In this document: positions 9,499 through 22,456 of the stretch, piece after piece | Layout of the letters: each line of letters starts with the position of its first letter | How positions within the stretch are numbered: the stretch's first letter is position 1 | The notes under the pieces: generated by a model | Seen by the model: the letters and a program-made list of their open reading frames with translations, nothing else | The model's database searches: none | What the model was told of the DNA's origin: nothing | Assembly (NCBI GenBank): GCA_003552325.1 | Contig: PUKM01000007.1 | Location: 1 to 47,124, forward strand | Direction of reading: 5' to 3' | DNA from: Natrialbaceae archaeon | GTDB taxonomy: Archaea > Halobacteriota > Halobacteria > Halobacteriales > Natrialbaceae | Length of the DNA stretch: 47,124 nt | Made by a program: the position numbers and the translations under genes

Positions 9499-10431
9499 CT
9501 ACTTGTGTCGCTCGAGCAGGTCGTAGCTGCGTTCCCACTCGGCGTCGTCGTCGAAGTAGCGCTCGGCCAGTGGCTCTCGTGGCATCTCGCCGAGATCTTT
9601 CTTCTGTTCCTGGTAGGACGGTCGTTCGTCGACGAAATACCGGCCCGTGAGGACGGTGCCCTCATAGAGCTGGGTTTCGGTCTCGAACATCATCTCTTGG
9701 GCCTCCTGGCGGTCGGTGATGTCGAAGTCGTAGTCGTCTGACTCCTGGACGTCGACGTACGGGACGTACTGACGGGCGTCCTTGTTCCAGGTCGGACACT
9801 GGGTCAGGAAGTCGATGTGGGCGAACCCGTCGTGTTCGATCGCTTCCTTGATGATCTCTTTGGCCTGGTTCGGGTTGACCGCCGCCGTGCGGGCGATGTA
9901 GGTCGCACCGGAGGTGAGTGCCAGCGAGAGTGGTCGAATCGGCGACTTGGCGTTGCCGTGAGGCGTCGTCTTCGACTTGTGACCTTTGGGGCTCGTCGGC
10001 GAGGTCTGCCCTTTCGTCAGGCCGAAGACCTCGTTGTTGAACACGATGTAGGTCATATCGTGGTTCTCTCGAGCCGTGTGCATGAAGTGGTTGCCACCGA
10101 TCCCGTAGCCGTCACCGTCACCGCCAGCGGCGATGACCTCGAGGCCGTCGTTCGCGAGTTTCGCGGCGCGGGCGACGGGCAGTGAGCGCCCGTGGATCGT
10201 GTGGAACCCGTAGGTGTCGAGGTAGCTGTTCAGTTTGCCCGAACAGCCGATACCGGTGACGGTCAGGACCTCCTCGGGGGTGAGTCCGACCTCCGGGAGG
10301 GCCTGTTTCAGCGCCTTGAGGACGCCGAAGTCACCACAGCCAGGACACCAGGTTGCCTGGGGCTCGATACCGGGCGTGAACTCGTTTCGGTCGATTTCAC
10401 GCTCTTCTCCGATTGCGTTGAATGCACTCAT
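9499..10431 (-). CDS. porB: Pyruvate:ferredoxin oxidoreductase beta subunit
   Basis: WCPGCGDFG, GIGCSG, GGDGDG TPP motif, GLTKGQ; MSAFNAIGE N-terminus is the haloarchaeal Por (not Kor) type. Confidence 0.9.
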   Translation of the reverse strand: MSAFNAIGEEREIDRNEFTPGIEPQATWCPGCGDFGVLKALKQALPEVGLTPEEVLTVTGIGCSGKLNSYLDTYGFHTIHGRSLPVARAAKLANDGLEVIAAGGDGDGYGIGGNHFMHTARENHDMTYIVFNNEVFGLTKGQTSPTSPKGHKSKTTPHGNAKSPIRPLSLALTSGATYIARTAAVNPNQAKEIIKEAIEHDGFAHIDFLTQCPTWNKDARQYVPYVDVQESDDYDFDITDRQEAQEMMFETETQLYEGTVLTGRYFVDERPSYQEQKKDLGEMPREPLAERYFDDDAEWERSYDLLERHK

Positions 10432-10433
10432 AG

Positions 10434-12335
10434 TTAGTCACCTGCGGCTGGTTCGATCCGCACCTGAGCGGAGGGATCTGCGTCCGAGCCGTTACTGTTC
10501 AGCTCGTAGCCCTCGACGATCTCGGCGGGTTCGAACGGGTTGCCGTTGTACTTGAGCAGGCTGGTCAGTTTGTCGCCGTAGCGGCCGAGTTCCTTCTGGA
10601 TGAGGCCACGGAACTGCGCCGTGGCGTTCATCTCGACGACCATCGCCTGGTCGACGCTCTCGATGAACTCGGTTACTTCTTTCTCCGGGAACGGCATCAT
10701 GTCCGAGACGCTGATCGCTTTGACGGCGTGGCCGTCGTCGTTCAGGCGCTCGACGGCTTCGAAGACCGCACCCTGGGACGAGCCCCAGGTAATAATGCCG
10801 AAGTCTGCGGTTTCGTCGCCAACGTACGTCTGGTTCGACTCGTGTTCCTCGTCGAGTTCACGACGGATATCCTCGAGCTTCTGGACACGGCGCTCCATCT
10901 GGGCGACGCGGTTGTCCGCGTCCTCCGAGATGTGCCCCGATGGCGTGTGCTCGTTTCCGGTCGCGAGGTATCGTCCACCCTTTTGGCCCGGCAGCGAGCG
11001 CGGGCTGACGTTGTTGTCGACGTCGTGTTGGAACCGGTGGAACTTGCCCGTCGGGTCGTGGGGCATGTCCTCGAGTTCGGCTTCCGTGACGACCGAGCCG
11101 AGCGTCGGCGCTGGCTCGCGGTCGAGCAAGCTGACGGGAACGTTCGTGTTCTCTCCGCTCAGCTTCTGGTCGTAGATGATGATCGTCGGGATCTGGTACT
11201 CGTAGGCGATGTGGAAGGCCAGACGCGTCTGCTCGTAGGCCTCCTCGATGTTTCCGGGTGCGAAGACGACGCGCGCGGAGTCACCCTGGCTCGTGTAGAG
11301 GGTGAACTCGAGGTCGCCCTGTTCGGGTTTCGTCGGCATCCCCGTCGATGGGCCGGCGCGCATGGACTCGAGCAAGACGACCGGCGTTTCGGTCATCTCC
11401 GCGAGGCCGAGTGGCTCGCTCATGAGTGCGAAGCCACCACCGGAGGACCCGGACATGGCTTTGACACCCGCGTGGCTCGCGCCGACAGCCAGTGCCGCGG
11501 CGGCGATTTCGTCTTCGACCTGTTCGGAGATCCCGCCCATGTCGGGCAGGTTCTGGGACATGATGGTGAAGACGTCCGTCCACGGCGTCATCGGGTAGCC
11601 GGCGATGAACCGACAGCCGGCGTCGATGGAGCCGTAGGCGATGGCGTTCGAGCCCGAGAGCAGCGCTTGCTCTTCGTCGTGGCTTCCCTCCGGGATGCGG
11701 AGATCGTGCTCGAACTCGTACTCCTCGGTGACCATGTCGTAGGCCTCGTGCAGGATGGTGAGGTTGGGCTCGAGGATCTTCTCGGGCATCGCATCCTCCA
11801 TCAGGTTCTCGATGTGCTCGAGGTCCATCTCCAACAGGGCGGCAGTGACGCCAACCCCTGCGGTGTTGCGCATGACCTCACGGCCGTGTTCTTTGGCCAT
11901 CGAACGGAGGTCGATGGCGAAGACGTGCCAGTCGTTTTCCTCGGCACGCTCCTCGAGGTTGAGTTCGGCGACGTCTTCCTCGGAGATGAGCCCCGAGTCG
12001 TAGACGATGATGCCGCCCTCGTGGAGCTCGTCTAGGTTCTCCGAGAGAGGCTTGATCTCCTCGTTGCCGTAGTAGGCATCTTCCTGTGGGTTTCGGGCAA
12101 AGGAGTCACCCAGTGCGAGTAGGCAGTTGTAGCCGTCTCCCCGTGACTGTACCTCGTGGCCTGCGGCTCGGATTTCGACGTAGGTGTGGCCACCGCGAAT
12201 CCGTGACGGATAATGTCGGTGGGTGAATACGTCGAGACCCGATCGCATCAGGGCCTTCGCGAAGTTTTGACTCGTCGAGTCGATCCCGTCTCCGGAACCG
12301 CCTGCGATTCGCCAAATAAGTTCATGATCGCTCAT
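10434..12335 (-). CDS. porA: Pyruvate:ferredoxin oxidoreductase alpha subunit
   Basis: WRIAGGSGDGIDS, YPSRIRGGH, GYPMTP, EDEIAA, RAGPSTGMPT; start at ATG 12335. Confidence 0.92.
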   Translation of the reverse strand: MSDHELIWRIAGGSGDGIDSTSQNFAKALMRSGLDVFTHRHYPSRIRGGHTYVEIRAAGHEVQSRGDGYNCLLALGDSFARNPQEDAYYGNEEIKPLSENLDELHEGGIIVYDSGLISEEDVAELNLEERAEENDWHVFAIDLRSMAKEHGREVMRNTAGVGVTAALLEMDLEHIENLMEDAMPEKILEPNLTILHEAYDMVTEEYEFEHDLRIPEGSHDEEQALLSGSNAIAYGSIDAGCRFIAGYPMTPWTDVFTIMSQNLPDMGGISEQVEDEIAAAALAVGASHAGVKAMSGSSGGGFALMSEPLGLAEMTETPVVLLESMRAGPSTGMPTKPEQGDLEFTLYTSQGDSARVVFAPGNIEEAYEQTRLAFHIAYEYQIPTIIIYDQKLSGENTNVPVSLLDREPAPTLGSVVTEAELEDMPHDPTGKFHRFQHDVDNNVSPRSLPGQKGGRYLATGNEHTPSGHISEDADNRVAQMERRVQKLEDIRRELDEEHESNQTYVGDETADFGIITWGSSQGAVFEAVERLNDDGHAVKAISVSDMMPFPEKEVTEFIESVDQAMVVEMNATAQFRGLIQKELGRYGDKLTSLLKYNGNPFEPAEIVEGYELNSNGSDADPSAQVRIEPAAGD

Positions 12336-12663
12336 GGTGGATAAGCGGCCTCGCTGGCCAGCAGTACTCAAAAATTTGCTCCAGCGAACCTAAAGCCTTT
12401 GCTATACATTACCAAGAATCTTTCATGAAGAATGAATGGCCGTGTATAATTAGTCAGAAACGATCGTTAATGACTTAGAAAACGAGTTTTTCGTTTACTT
12501 GGGATTGCAGTGAGCAGGACGATGACTCGAGTTGGGTGTCTTACAGTTTACAAACATCGGCATCCACCGTCACCGACGGAACGGGGGATCCGTCAACCGA
12601 TAGTCAGTGACAATAATCCCTCAGAGGTGAGAGATCACGATCGATCGGCGATACCGCTCGCTG

Positions 12664-13842
12664 TCAGTTACCAGTCCACTTTCGAAGGAGAGGCCTGCCT
12701 TCCCTGGGTCCGCGAGCGATGAGCACGTCGTCCGGACGGAGTTGCTCGTCGCCAGTCGGTGCCAACACCCAGTCGTCACCCCGATGGATCGCCATAATAG
12801 ACATTCCGGTCTGTTCCTCGAGTTCGAGGTCACCCAGCGTCCGCGCTGTGAGTGTGCTCCCTTGCTCGACGGTGGTCGTCGTGATGAGTTCGTCACTTTC
12901 GCCGATAGCTTGTCCGAACACCGGATGAACGGCCCCATCTCGTAAGACGATCTCCGCAATGTTCACCGCCGCGTCGCAGATGACTTCCGAGGCGGTAGCC
13001 AGATACAGGAGGCCTCGAAGCTGGCTCGGTTCCCGGACTTGATCCCCCGCCTCGATAACCAGGGTTTCGATGTCCCGCTTCAGACGGTCGGACTGCGCCT
13101 CGAGTTCTCGAACCTCCGTGGCCAGGTCGGCGTCGCCGAACAGCACCGACGCGTAACCGAGACCGACGGCGAGTTCAGAGATGTTCTTGAGGTCTACGAC
13201 CAGTTCGGCCGCCCGATCGAGAGCGTCGATCCCCGGATCGACGGTCTCATCTGACACGGTCGCCTCGCCCGTGAGCATCTCTCGAACGGTTTCGAGGCCG
13301 GCAATCGGGCCGCTGCCAATAACGGTATCGCCAGCCTCGAGAGCGACCGTCTCATCTGGGTCGATATCCCACTCGTTGCCCCGCCGGATAGCGATGACAG
13401 TCACACCTGAATCGGTTTCGAACGCGAGTTCGCCGAGCGGTTCTCCGATCACCGAACACGCGTCGTGGACGACGGCCCGCATGATGGCCTCGTCCGCCTC
13501 GGGAAGCGCCTCGCGAACTTCTCGGGGCACGCCACCGTTGCTAGTGACGACGCCGGCGATGTCGGCTGCCGCGTTCGTGATGTCGACGGCCGCACCGACA
13601 ATTTGGACGATACCGACCAGCTGTTCGGCGTCGGTGGACCGCTTCGCCGCCAGCATCAGCGCGATCGTCGCCGGATACTGTAACGATTCGGCTCGTGCCT
13701 CGAGCTCGAGGACTTCCTCGGCCAGCCCGGGGTAGCCGTACAGCGCTGCTGCATACCCCAGATCGACGGCCAGTTCGGAGACGTTCTTCAACTCGACAAG
13801 CGTCTCCCGCACGTTGCGAGATCGGTACGCGATATCTTCCAT
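12664..13842 (-). CDS. Duplicated PhoU-like/TrkA-C (RCK_C) domain protein
   Basis: Two repeats of LKNxSELAVxLGYA helices, each followed by an RCK_C-like segment (GVTVIAIRRG / GMSIMAIHRG). Confidence 0.8.
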   Translation of the reverse strand: MEDIAYRSRNVRETLVELKNVSELAVDLGYAAALYGYPGLAEEVLELEARAESLQYPATIALMLAAKRSTDAEQLVGIVQIVGAAVDITNAAADIAGVVTSNGGVPREVREALPEADEAIMRAVVHDACSVIGEPLGELAFETDSGVTVIAIRRGNEWDIDPDETVALEAGDTVIGSGPIAGLETVREMLTGEATVSDETVDPGIDALDRAAELVVDLKNISELAVGLGYASVLFGDADLATEVRELEAQSDRLKRDIETLVIEAGDQVREPSQLRGLLYLATASEVICDAAVNIAEIVLRDGAVHPVFGQAIGESDELITTTTVEQGSTLTARTLGDLELEEQTGMSIMAIHRGDDWVLAPTGDEQLRPDDVLIARGPREGRPLLRKWTGN

Positions 13843-13920
13843 GACCAGTTAGGTTCGCGTTCGAACGGCAGTAGGTTAAACCTATGTTCGTTACCCGCAG
13901 ATCACGGTCCGGGCATCCGA

Positions 13921-14586
13921 TCAAAGGATGATCGTGATGACACCAAAGAGGATCAGTACGCCACTGATGTCACAGACGTTCGTCACGACTGGGATCGTCG
14001 TATCGTCCGGATTGTATCCAAGTCGATAGGACGCCGACACCGACACCAGGCTCACGACGACCACGAAGGCGGCCAACAGTGTTCCGCTCACCAGGGATAT
14101 CGTCAACACCTCCACGAGGCCAAGCGTACCCCCGAGTAATCGCCCGATTCCCCACGCGGCGAAACCGACGAGCGTGAAGACGGTCACGCCGAGGGCGAGT
14201 ATCGCACCGGAGTTCGACCGAACTTCGGGGTTCGTCCGGGAGAGTTCGAACGTGCCGAGATGCAGTTGCGTCGACAGTCGTGAACACATGATCGACCCGA
14301 GATTACCCGCGGTCCCGATCTGCACCGGCACCAGAATAAGCAGGGCCGGATTCGTGAGAAGGACCTCCTCGAAGGACTCGAGTACGGAACCCGAAACCAT
14401 CTGCAAGACCGATAGCGCCACGAGAAGCGGGACCATCGTGTAGACCATCGGTTTGATCTGCCAGTCGTCATCGAGGTCAGCCCCAGCGAAGGGGTCGTCC
14501 TCCTCCGCGCCGGTCAACTCCTCGTATAATTCCCCGAGCGAGTCACTCAGGCCGGTGAGGTCGTCTCCAGCGTAGTCGTCGCTCAT
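13921..14586 (-). CDS. MgtE-type divalent cation transporter membrane domain
   Basis: GTAGNLGS...RLSTQLHLG; GYNPDDTTIPVVTNVCD. Confidence 0.85.
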   Translation of the reverse strand: MSDDYAGDDLTGLSDSLGELYEELTGAEEDDPFAGADLDDDWQIKPMVYTMVPLLVALSVLQMVSGSVLESFEEVLLTNPALLILVPVQIGTAGNLGSIMCSRLSTQLHLGTFELSRTNPEVRSNSGAILALGVTVFTLVGFAAWGIGRLLGGTLGLVEVLTISLVSGTLLAAFVVVVSLVSVSASYRLGYNPDDTTIPVVTNVCDISGVLILFGVITIIL

Positions 14587-15155
14587 AGGAACAGCCCCAC
14601 GAAGTAAATGGCGATCAACAGGAAGACGACGCCGAAGACGTCCCCGAGGGTCGTGACCAGCGGGCCCACGATGTTGTCGGGGTCGAGTCCCCGCCGATAG
14701 CCGATGAAAACGACGGTCACGAGCACCGAAAGCATGAGGATCGCCGACAGTAATCCGGCGACGACCATGATGCCGACGAGCTGGAGCAAGTTCCCACCGC
14801 CGGCGGTAATCCAGAGCACGAAAAACGCGGCGACGGCGATGAACACTGAGACGACCATACCGTTGACAAACGAGGCGATGACGGCGTTCGACAGGCGTCT
14901 GTCGGTGGTGATTCTGGGTTCGATGACGCCCTGATGGAGCCCGCTCGACAGGCGGGCCCCGAGCGATCCGTACACGCCGCCGCGGGTCGCCAGAAAGGCC
15001 GGTAGCAGGACGAGGATGCCCGGAACGCTCTCGATGCCGTCACGCATCGCTTCGCTGCCGAGAATCGTGCCGGCAAACAGCCCGGCAACCAGACTAACGA
15101 GAATAACCGGTATCGACTGTCGATAGATGTCAAGTGCGGACTCCCGTTCGAACAT
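14583..15155 (-). CDS. MgtE-type divalent cation transporter membrane domain
   Basis: ATRGGVYGSLGARLSSGLHQG; GLDPDNIVGPLVTTLGD; start at ATG 15155; 4-nt overlap with next gene. Confidence 0.85.
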   Translation of the reverse strand: MFERESALDIYRQSIPVILVSLVAGLFAGTILGSEAMRDGIESVPGILVLLPAFLATRGGVYGSLGARLSSGLHQGVIEPRITTDRRLSNAVIASFVNGMVVSVFIAVAAFFVLWITAGGGNLLQLVGIMVVAGLLSAILMLSVLVTVVFIGYRRGLDPDNIVGPLVTTLGDVFGVVFLLIAIYFVGLFL

Positions 15156-15300
15156 ATCGGCCAATTCTCGGTCGGCGGTATAAATCCACCCATCACCGTA
15201 ACGGGTATCGCCCGTCAGCGACCTGATGGAACTCGAGGGGGCGAAATTGGCCCAAGAACGACCCACTGGAGAGACGGAAACGGCCACCGACACACTGAGG

Positions 15301-16455
15301 CTACTCTTGCCGTGGATTGCTCGGGTGGTACTCCGTCTCGTACTCGCCCGGATTCCCGTCCACGCGGTCTGGGTTGAGTCGTCCCGAAAGGAGCATGAAG
15401 TCCACGAGCGTCAGGGCCAGCATCGACTCCACGACGGGCACCCCTCGAGGTGGCAACACCGGATCGTGGCGGCCGATAACCTGGGCATCCTCGACGACCT
15501 CGCCCGTCTCCCAGTCGACCGTTTGCTGTTCCTTGGGAATCGAGGTGGGCGCGTGGAGGGTAACCTCGCCGTAGATCGGTTCGCCGCTCGAGATGCCGCC
15601 CTGGATTCCGCCGTGATCGTTCTCGACGGGCGTCGGGTTGCCGTCCGCATCGAACTCCCAGTCGTCGTTTCGATCTTTACCCGAGTAGGCCGCGGCGTCG
15701 GTACCGAGGCCAAACTCGAACGCCGTCGTCGCCGGGACGGCCATCATCGCCTGACCCAACCGGGCGGACAACGAGTCGAATCGAGGGGCACCGAGGCCGA
15801 CAGGGACCCCCCGGACCTCGAAGTAAATCGAGCCGCCGATGGAGTCCCCCTCGCGCTGGTACTCCTGAATCAAGTCTTGCATCTCGGCTGCCGTTTCGGG
15901 ATGGGCACACCGGACGTCGTTCTCCTCACTGTGTTCGAGCATCTCCTCGAAAGTCACCTCGGGGGCCTCGACATCGCCGATCTGGTTCACGTGGGCCTTG
16001 AGTTCGATCCCCTCGAGCGCGAGCACCTTTTTCGCGATTGCCCCGGCGGCGACCCAGTTGACGGTTTCGCGCGCGGACGAACGGCCACCGCCACCCCAGT
16101 TTCGGGTCCCGAACTTCGCGGAGTAGGTGAAATCGCCGTGGCTCGGCCGCGGAGCGGTGATGAACGGCTCGTACTTCCCCGAGCGGGCGTCTTTGTTTTC
16201 GATGACGAGGCCGATTGGGGTGCCCGTGGTGTACCCGTCCTGGATCCCGGATTTGATCGAGACGGCGTCGGGTTCGCCGCGGCTGGTCGTGATCATCGAC
16301 TGACCCGGCTTGCGCCGGTCCAGGTCGCGCTGGATGTCCTCCTCTGTGAGCTCGAGACCAGCGGGACAGCCCGAGATGGTACAGCCCATGGCCTCCCCGT
16401 GACTCTCGCCGAACGTGGTCACCTGAAAGAGGCGACCGAAGCGGTTGCCGTTCAT
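15301..16455 (-). CDS. aroC: Chorismate synthase
   Basis: TTFGESHG, RPSHGD, GGGRSSARET, GGIQGGISSG, GRHDP; start at ATG 16455. Confidence 0.97.
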   Translation of the reverse strand: MNGNRFGRLFQVTTFGESHGEAMGCTISGCPAGLELTEEDIQRDLDRRKPGQSMITTSRGEPDAVSIKSGIQDGYTTGTPIGLVIENKDARSGKYEPFITAPRPSHGDFTYSAKFGTRNWGGGGRSSARETVNWVAAGAIAKKVLALEGIELKAHVNQIGDVEAPEVTFEEMLEHSEENDVRCAHPETAAEMQDLIQEYQREGDSIGGSIYFEVRGVPVGLGAPRFDSLSARLGQAMMAVPATTAFEFGLGTDAAAYSGKDRNDDWEFDADGNPTPVENDHGGIQGGISSGEPIYGEVTLHAPTSIPKEQQTVDWETGEVVEDAQVIGRHDPVLPPRGVPVVESMLALTLVDFMLLSGRLNPDRVDGNPGEYETEYHPSNPRQE

Positions 16456-16598
16456 TATCGGTCCTACAGCGTCGGGTACACTTATGCGTGCAGGATTGTG
16501 CAAGAACGGACAGCCGTGGTGATCGACGCCAGTTGCGGAGAGGTGGGTGGGCAACCTGAACGTTGATACCGGCCGGTGTGCATGGCGAAGCCATACCC

Positions 16599-17987
16599 AT
16601 GTCTGACCCATCTCCCGGCTCTGCCCCACTCGAGGCGGACGTCACGGACACGATCGACGACCTGCTTCGCGACCGCATGCGTGAGGACTCGATTCCCGGA
16701 TTGAGCCTCGCGATTACCGACGGTGACGGGATCCGCTACGCTCGAGGGTATGGCTCTCGGGATCTGGCATCCAACGCCCCGGCAACGCCCGAGACGGTGT
16801 ATGGCATCGGCTCGGTCTCGAAATCGTTCGCCTCGCTCGCGACACTCCTCCTGGTCGATCGGGGCGACCTGGCCCTCGAGGAGAGCCTGACCGACCACCT
16901 CGAGGTCGACCTGCCCGAGGCGATCACGATCCACCATCTCCTCAGTCATACCTCAGGGATCCCATCACTCGCTGCGAGCGAGGCTCTGATTGCCCGGCAG
17001 ATGGAAGTCGGCGAGTCCGACGTCCCACTCGGCACCTGGGAGGACGTTCTCGCTCACATCGAGGGGGCACGGGACGAAATCGCCGGCGATCCCGAGGACC
17101 ACTGGATGTACTGCAACTCCGGCTATACGTTGACTGGCGCGGTCATCGAAGCCGTCTCGGGGACGTCCTACGTCGACTTCGTGCGCGAGGAAATCCTCGA
17201 GCCGCTTTCTATGTCCCGGTCGACGTACCACCGCGACGTCTACGAAACGTTCGAGAATCGAATGACGCCATATCACAAAACCGAAGACGGGCTCGAGGAA
17301 ACCCCGGTTCCGATCCGTGAACTCAGCGCGGCGGCTGGGGGCCTCCTCGCGCCGGTCACCGACCTCGCCGCGTACCTCCGACTTCACCTCGCTGGTGGCA
17401 TCGCTGGTCAGGACCGACTGCTCGAGGCCGAGACGCTCGAACGGGCCTACGGAGCGTACGCCGAGACGCCATCGGGGCCGTACGGCTACGGCTGGCGGAC
17501 GCGCACGGTGGCCGGGGAAACCCTGATCGGCCACGGCGGCTCCATCGCCGTCTCGACGGCCTATGCGGGCTTCTCCCGGGACCACGACCTCGGGGTCGCG
17601 CTCCTCGCGAACACGAACCCCGGTTACGGGCTCGCCGAACTCGGGAAAGGCGTCTTCGCCGCCCTGGTGGGGAGCGATCCGCTCGAGCTTCCGTTCTTTG
17701 CGCGCAAGGCCCGCTTCGAAGCCCTCTGTGGTGAGTACGAATCCTACCGAGGAATCAAGGAGGCCGAAGTCGAACAGGAAGGCGGTATCCTCCGGCTTCG
17801 GATCGGGGGGCCAATCGGTGACGGCGGTTGGACGCCGCTGATTCCCGAGGACGTTGAGGCAGGGGAGTTCTATGCGATGACGATGACCGGAAACCAGCAA
17901 CCAGTCCGGTTCGAGGAGGACGGTGACGATCTGAGTCTGTATATCGATCGCTGGCGACTTCACCAGCGCCCCTCTGGTAGCCACTGA
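16599..17987 (+). CDS. Serine hydrolase, beta-lactamase/AmpC-like peptidase family
   Basis: SxxK (SVSK), LLSHTSG, YCN and HGG motifs. Confidence 0.88.
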   Translation: MSDPSPGSAPLEADVTDTIDDLLRDRMREDSIPGLSLAITDGDGIRYARGYGSRDLASNAPATPETVYGIGSVSKSFASLATLLLVDRGDLALEESLTDHLEVDLPEAITIHHLLSHTSGIPSLAASEALIARQMEVGESDVPLGTWEDVLAHIEGARDEIAGDPEDHWMYCNSGYTLTGAVIEAVSGTSYVDFVREEILEPLSMSRSTYHRDVYETFENRMTPYHKTEDGLEETPVPIRELSAAAGGLLAPVTDLAAYLRLHLAGGIAGQDRLLEAETLERAYGAYAETPSGPYGYGWRTRTVAGETLIGHGGSIAVSTAYAGFSRDHDLGVALLANTNPGYGLAELGKGVFAALVGSDPLELPFFARKARFEALCGEYESYRGIKEAEVEQEGGILRLRIGGPIGDGGWTPLIPEDVEAGEFYAMTMTGNQQPVRFEEDGDDLSLYIDRWRLHQRPSGSH

Positions 17988-18146
17988 AAGTCATTGTACT
18001 CCTGATCGCCAGGGAGGTCGGCGATCAGTGTGAAAATAGTTTCAGTTGTTACTCTAGCGGTCACACACTGGTGTGCTCCTTTGTGGATACCTTTTCACCA
18101 AGTGGGAAAATATATTCGTGAAAAAGCAACATCCTCTCCGAATTAG

Positions 18147-20318
<2,172 letters not shown>

Positions 20319-20473
20319 GGTCGACTCGCCGTTCGAGACTGACTTTCTGCTCGAGCAGATCCCAACTGATTGCAGTGGCGGATTCGTGCCGGATAGCTCT
20401 ACTCCCTGACTGTTGGCCATTGTTTCGAGAGACCTAAACACCTAAGCCCGTCCACACGGAACGCTGTGTCGGC

Positions 20474-21778
20474 ATGTTGGTTTCGGGAACAGTCGTCGTT
20501 GACGCGGAAACGGTGATCGAGGACGGTGCAGTGGTCGTCGAAGACGACCGCATTGTGGCTGTCGACGAGCGGCAGGCGTGTCTCGAGACCTATCCGGATC
20601 ACGAGCGACACCGCTACGACGTGATCGCACCGGGGAGCGTCGGTGCGCACATCCACTCCGTTCAGAGCCTCGGGCGGGGCATCGCTGACGACACCGAGTT
20701 GCTCGACTGGTTATTTGAATACGTTCTGCCGATGGAAGCCGAACTCGACGCCGAAGCCATGCGTGTCGCCGCCGAACTCGGCTACCTCGAGTTGCTCGAG
20801 AGCGGGACGACGACCTGTATCGATCACCTCTCGGTGGCCCACGCGGAGCAGGCGTTCGAGGCCGCACGCGAGCTGGGCATCCGGAGTCGCATGGGGAAGG
20901 TGCTGATGGATAAGGAGGCCCCGCCAGGATTGCTCGAGGAGACCGACGAGGCGTTGGCCGAGAGCGAACGCCTGATCGAGCGTTACCACGGTGTCGACAA
21001 TGGTCGAATCCAATACGCTCTGACGCCGCGGTTCGCGGTGAGCTGTACGGAAGCCTGTCTGCGGGGGACACGCGACCTCGCTGACGCCTACGATGGCGTG
21101 CGTATCCACACCCACGCCAGCGAGAACCAGGGTGAAATCGCGGCCGTCGAGGCCGATACCGGGATGCGAAACGTCCACTGGCTGGACGAAGTTGGCCTGA
21201 CCGGTGACGACGTCGTCCTCGCTCACTGTGTCTGGACCGACGAGAGCGAACGAGAGGTGCTCGCGGAGACGGGAACACACGTCACCTACTGCCCGTCGTC
21301 GAACATGAAACTCGCCAGCGGGGTTGCCCCGATTCAGGACTACCTCGAGCGTGGGATCAACGTCGCCCTGGGGAACGACGGCCCGCCGTGTAACAATACG
21401 CTCGATCCGTTCACGGAGATGCGTCAGGCCTCGCTCTTACAGAAAGTCGACCGCCTCGAGCCGACGGCCCTCCCGGCCCAGACGGTGTTCGAGATGGCGA
21501 CGATCAACGGCGCACGGGCGGCTGGGTTCGACCGTGTTGGAGCACTGAAACCGGGCTGGAAAGCGGATCTCATTGGCCTCGAGACGGATCTCACGCGTGC
21601 AACGCCGCTTCACGACGTGCTCTCACATCTGGTGTTCGCGGCCCACGGCGACGACGTGCAGTTTACGATGGTCGACGGCCGGGTGCTGTACGCCGACGGT
21701 GACGTGCAGGTTGCAGACGCCGATGCGATCCGCGAGCGGGCGCGGACAGTGGCCGCCGGACTCGAGGTTGCTCAGTAG
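20474..21778 (+). CDS. Amidohydrolase, 5'-deoxyadenosine/MTA-SAH deaminase type
   Basis: HIH, HTHASE, LAHCVW, CPSSNMKLASG, LGNDG motifs. Confidence 0.88.
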   Translation: MLVSGTVVVDAETVIEDGAVVVEDDRIVAVDERQACLETYPDHERHRYDVIAPGSVGAHIHSVQSLGRGIADDTELLDWLFEYVLPMEAELDAEAMRVAAELGYLELLESGTTTCIDHLSVAHAEQAFEAARELGIRSRMGKVLMDKEAPPGLLEETDEALAESERLIERYHGVDNGRIQYALTPRFAVSCTEACLRGTRDLADAYDGVRIHTHASENQGEIAAVEADTGMRNVHWLDEVGLTGDDVVLAHCVWTDESEREVLAETGTHVTYCPSSNMKLASGVAPIQDYLERGINVALGNDGPPCNNTLDPFTEMRQASLLQKVDRLEPTALPAQTVFEMATINGARAAGFDRVGALKPGWKADLIGLETDLTRATPLHDVLSHLVFAAHGDDVQFTMVDGRVLYADGDVQVADADAIRERARTVAAGLEVAQ

Positions 21779-21818
21779 CATCGAAGCGTCGGGTCTCACC
21801 CCCCGTCGTACACGTCCC

Positions 21819-22013
21819 TCACAGGCCAAGACTCTCGAGGACGGTCATCGAAATTCCGCTTTCGGCGACGAGTTTGTAGCCGAGATAGATTCCCACGATA
21901 CCCATGAGTCCGGGCAGTTCGGGCGGCGCAGGGATTGGGACGTCTAGCAAGGCGAAAAAGGCCCCGGTGATGAAGCCGGTCAGCAACCCAAGTACGATCA
22001 GTCGATAGGTCAT
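21819..22013 (-). CDS. XapX domain small membrane protein
   Basis: GAFFALLDVPIPAPPELPGLMGIVGIYLGY. Confidence 0.85.
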   Translation of the reverse strand: MTYRLIVLGLLTGFITGAFFALLDVPIPAPPELPGLMGIVGIYLGYKLVAESGISMTVLESLGL

Positions 22014-22156
22014 AGCTTCGAGCGAGTGTGCCATCGGCAAAAGCCCATTGACTCCGAAGGCCGCGCAAATCCATCATCATTAGTCGTCTATGTCCTGCGG
22101 TTATCGACGATTGTCGACACACAGTTTTAATATCGTCGAATTACTGAGTATCGCAT

Positions 22157-22384
22157 ATGCAACGCAACCTTCACGGACAACAGACCGTCACCGTCCCACC
22201 GGATCTGCAGTCACCACAGGCGAAGCTGATCTATTTCTCACTCGCCGTCGCCGACGATGCGAGCGTCGACGACCTCTGTCGCGATCTCCGCGTCGATAAA
22301 GGCGCAGCGCTATCGATTCTCGGGACGCTCCGCGAGCGCGGGCACGTCGAGCGCCAAGACGGCAGTTATCGCGTCGTTTCTTGA
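22157..22384 (+). CDS. Small winged-helix protein
   Basis: VPPDLQSPQAKLIY...LSILGTLRERGHVE; TTTTAA ~27 nt upstream. Confidence 0.75.
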   Translation: MQRNLHGQQTVTVPPDLQSPQAKLIYFSLAVADDASVDDLCRDLRVDKGAALSILGTLRERGHVERQDGSYRVVS

Positions 22385-22456
22385 ACTGCCGGTTTTCGGC
22401 AGCTGTATTGTATACTGTTCCGGCGCTCGAGACACAACGATCACGCGACCTCACAC

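Noticed and set aside
10728-12035. Long antisense ORFs (also 3727..4905, 15226..16566, 16965..17984, 30548..31822 and others)
   Set aside because: Shadow frames of well-supported genes, expected with high-GC haloarchaeal codon bias; no recognisable motifs
12336-12663. AT-rich region upstream of porA with AAACGA...TCGTTT and TTCATGAA palindromes
   Set aside because: Consistent with an ordinary promoter/terminator region; no TIR-TSD pair and no full TrmB consensus
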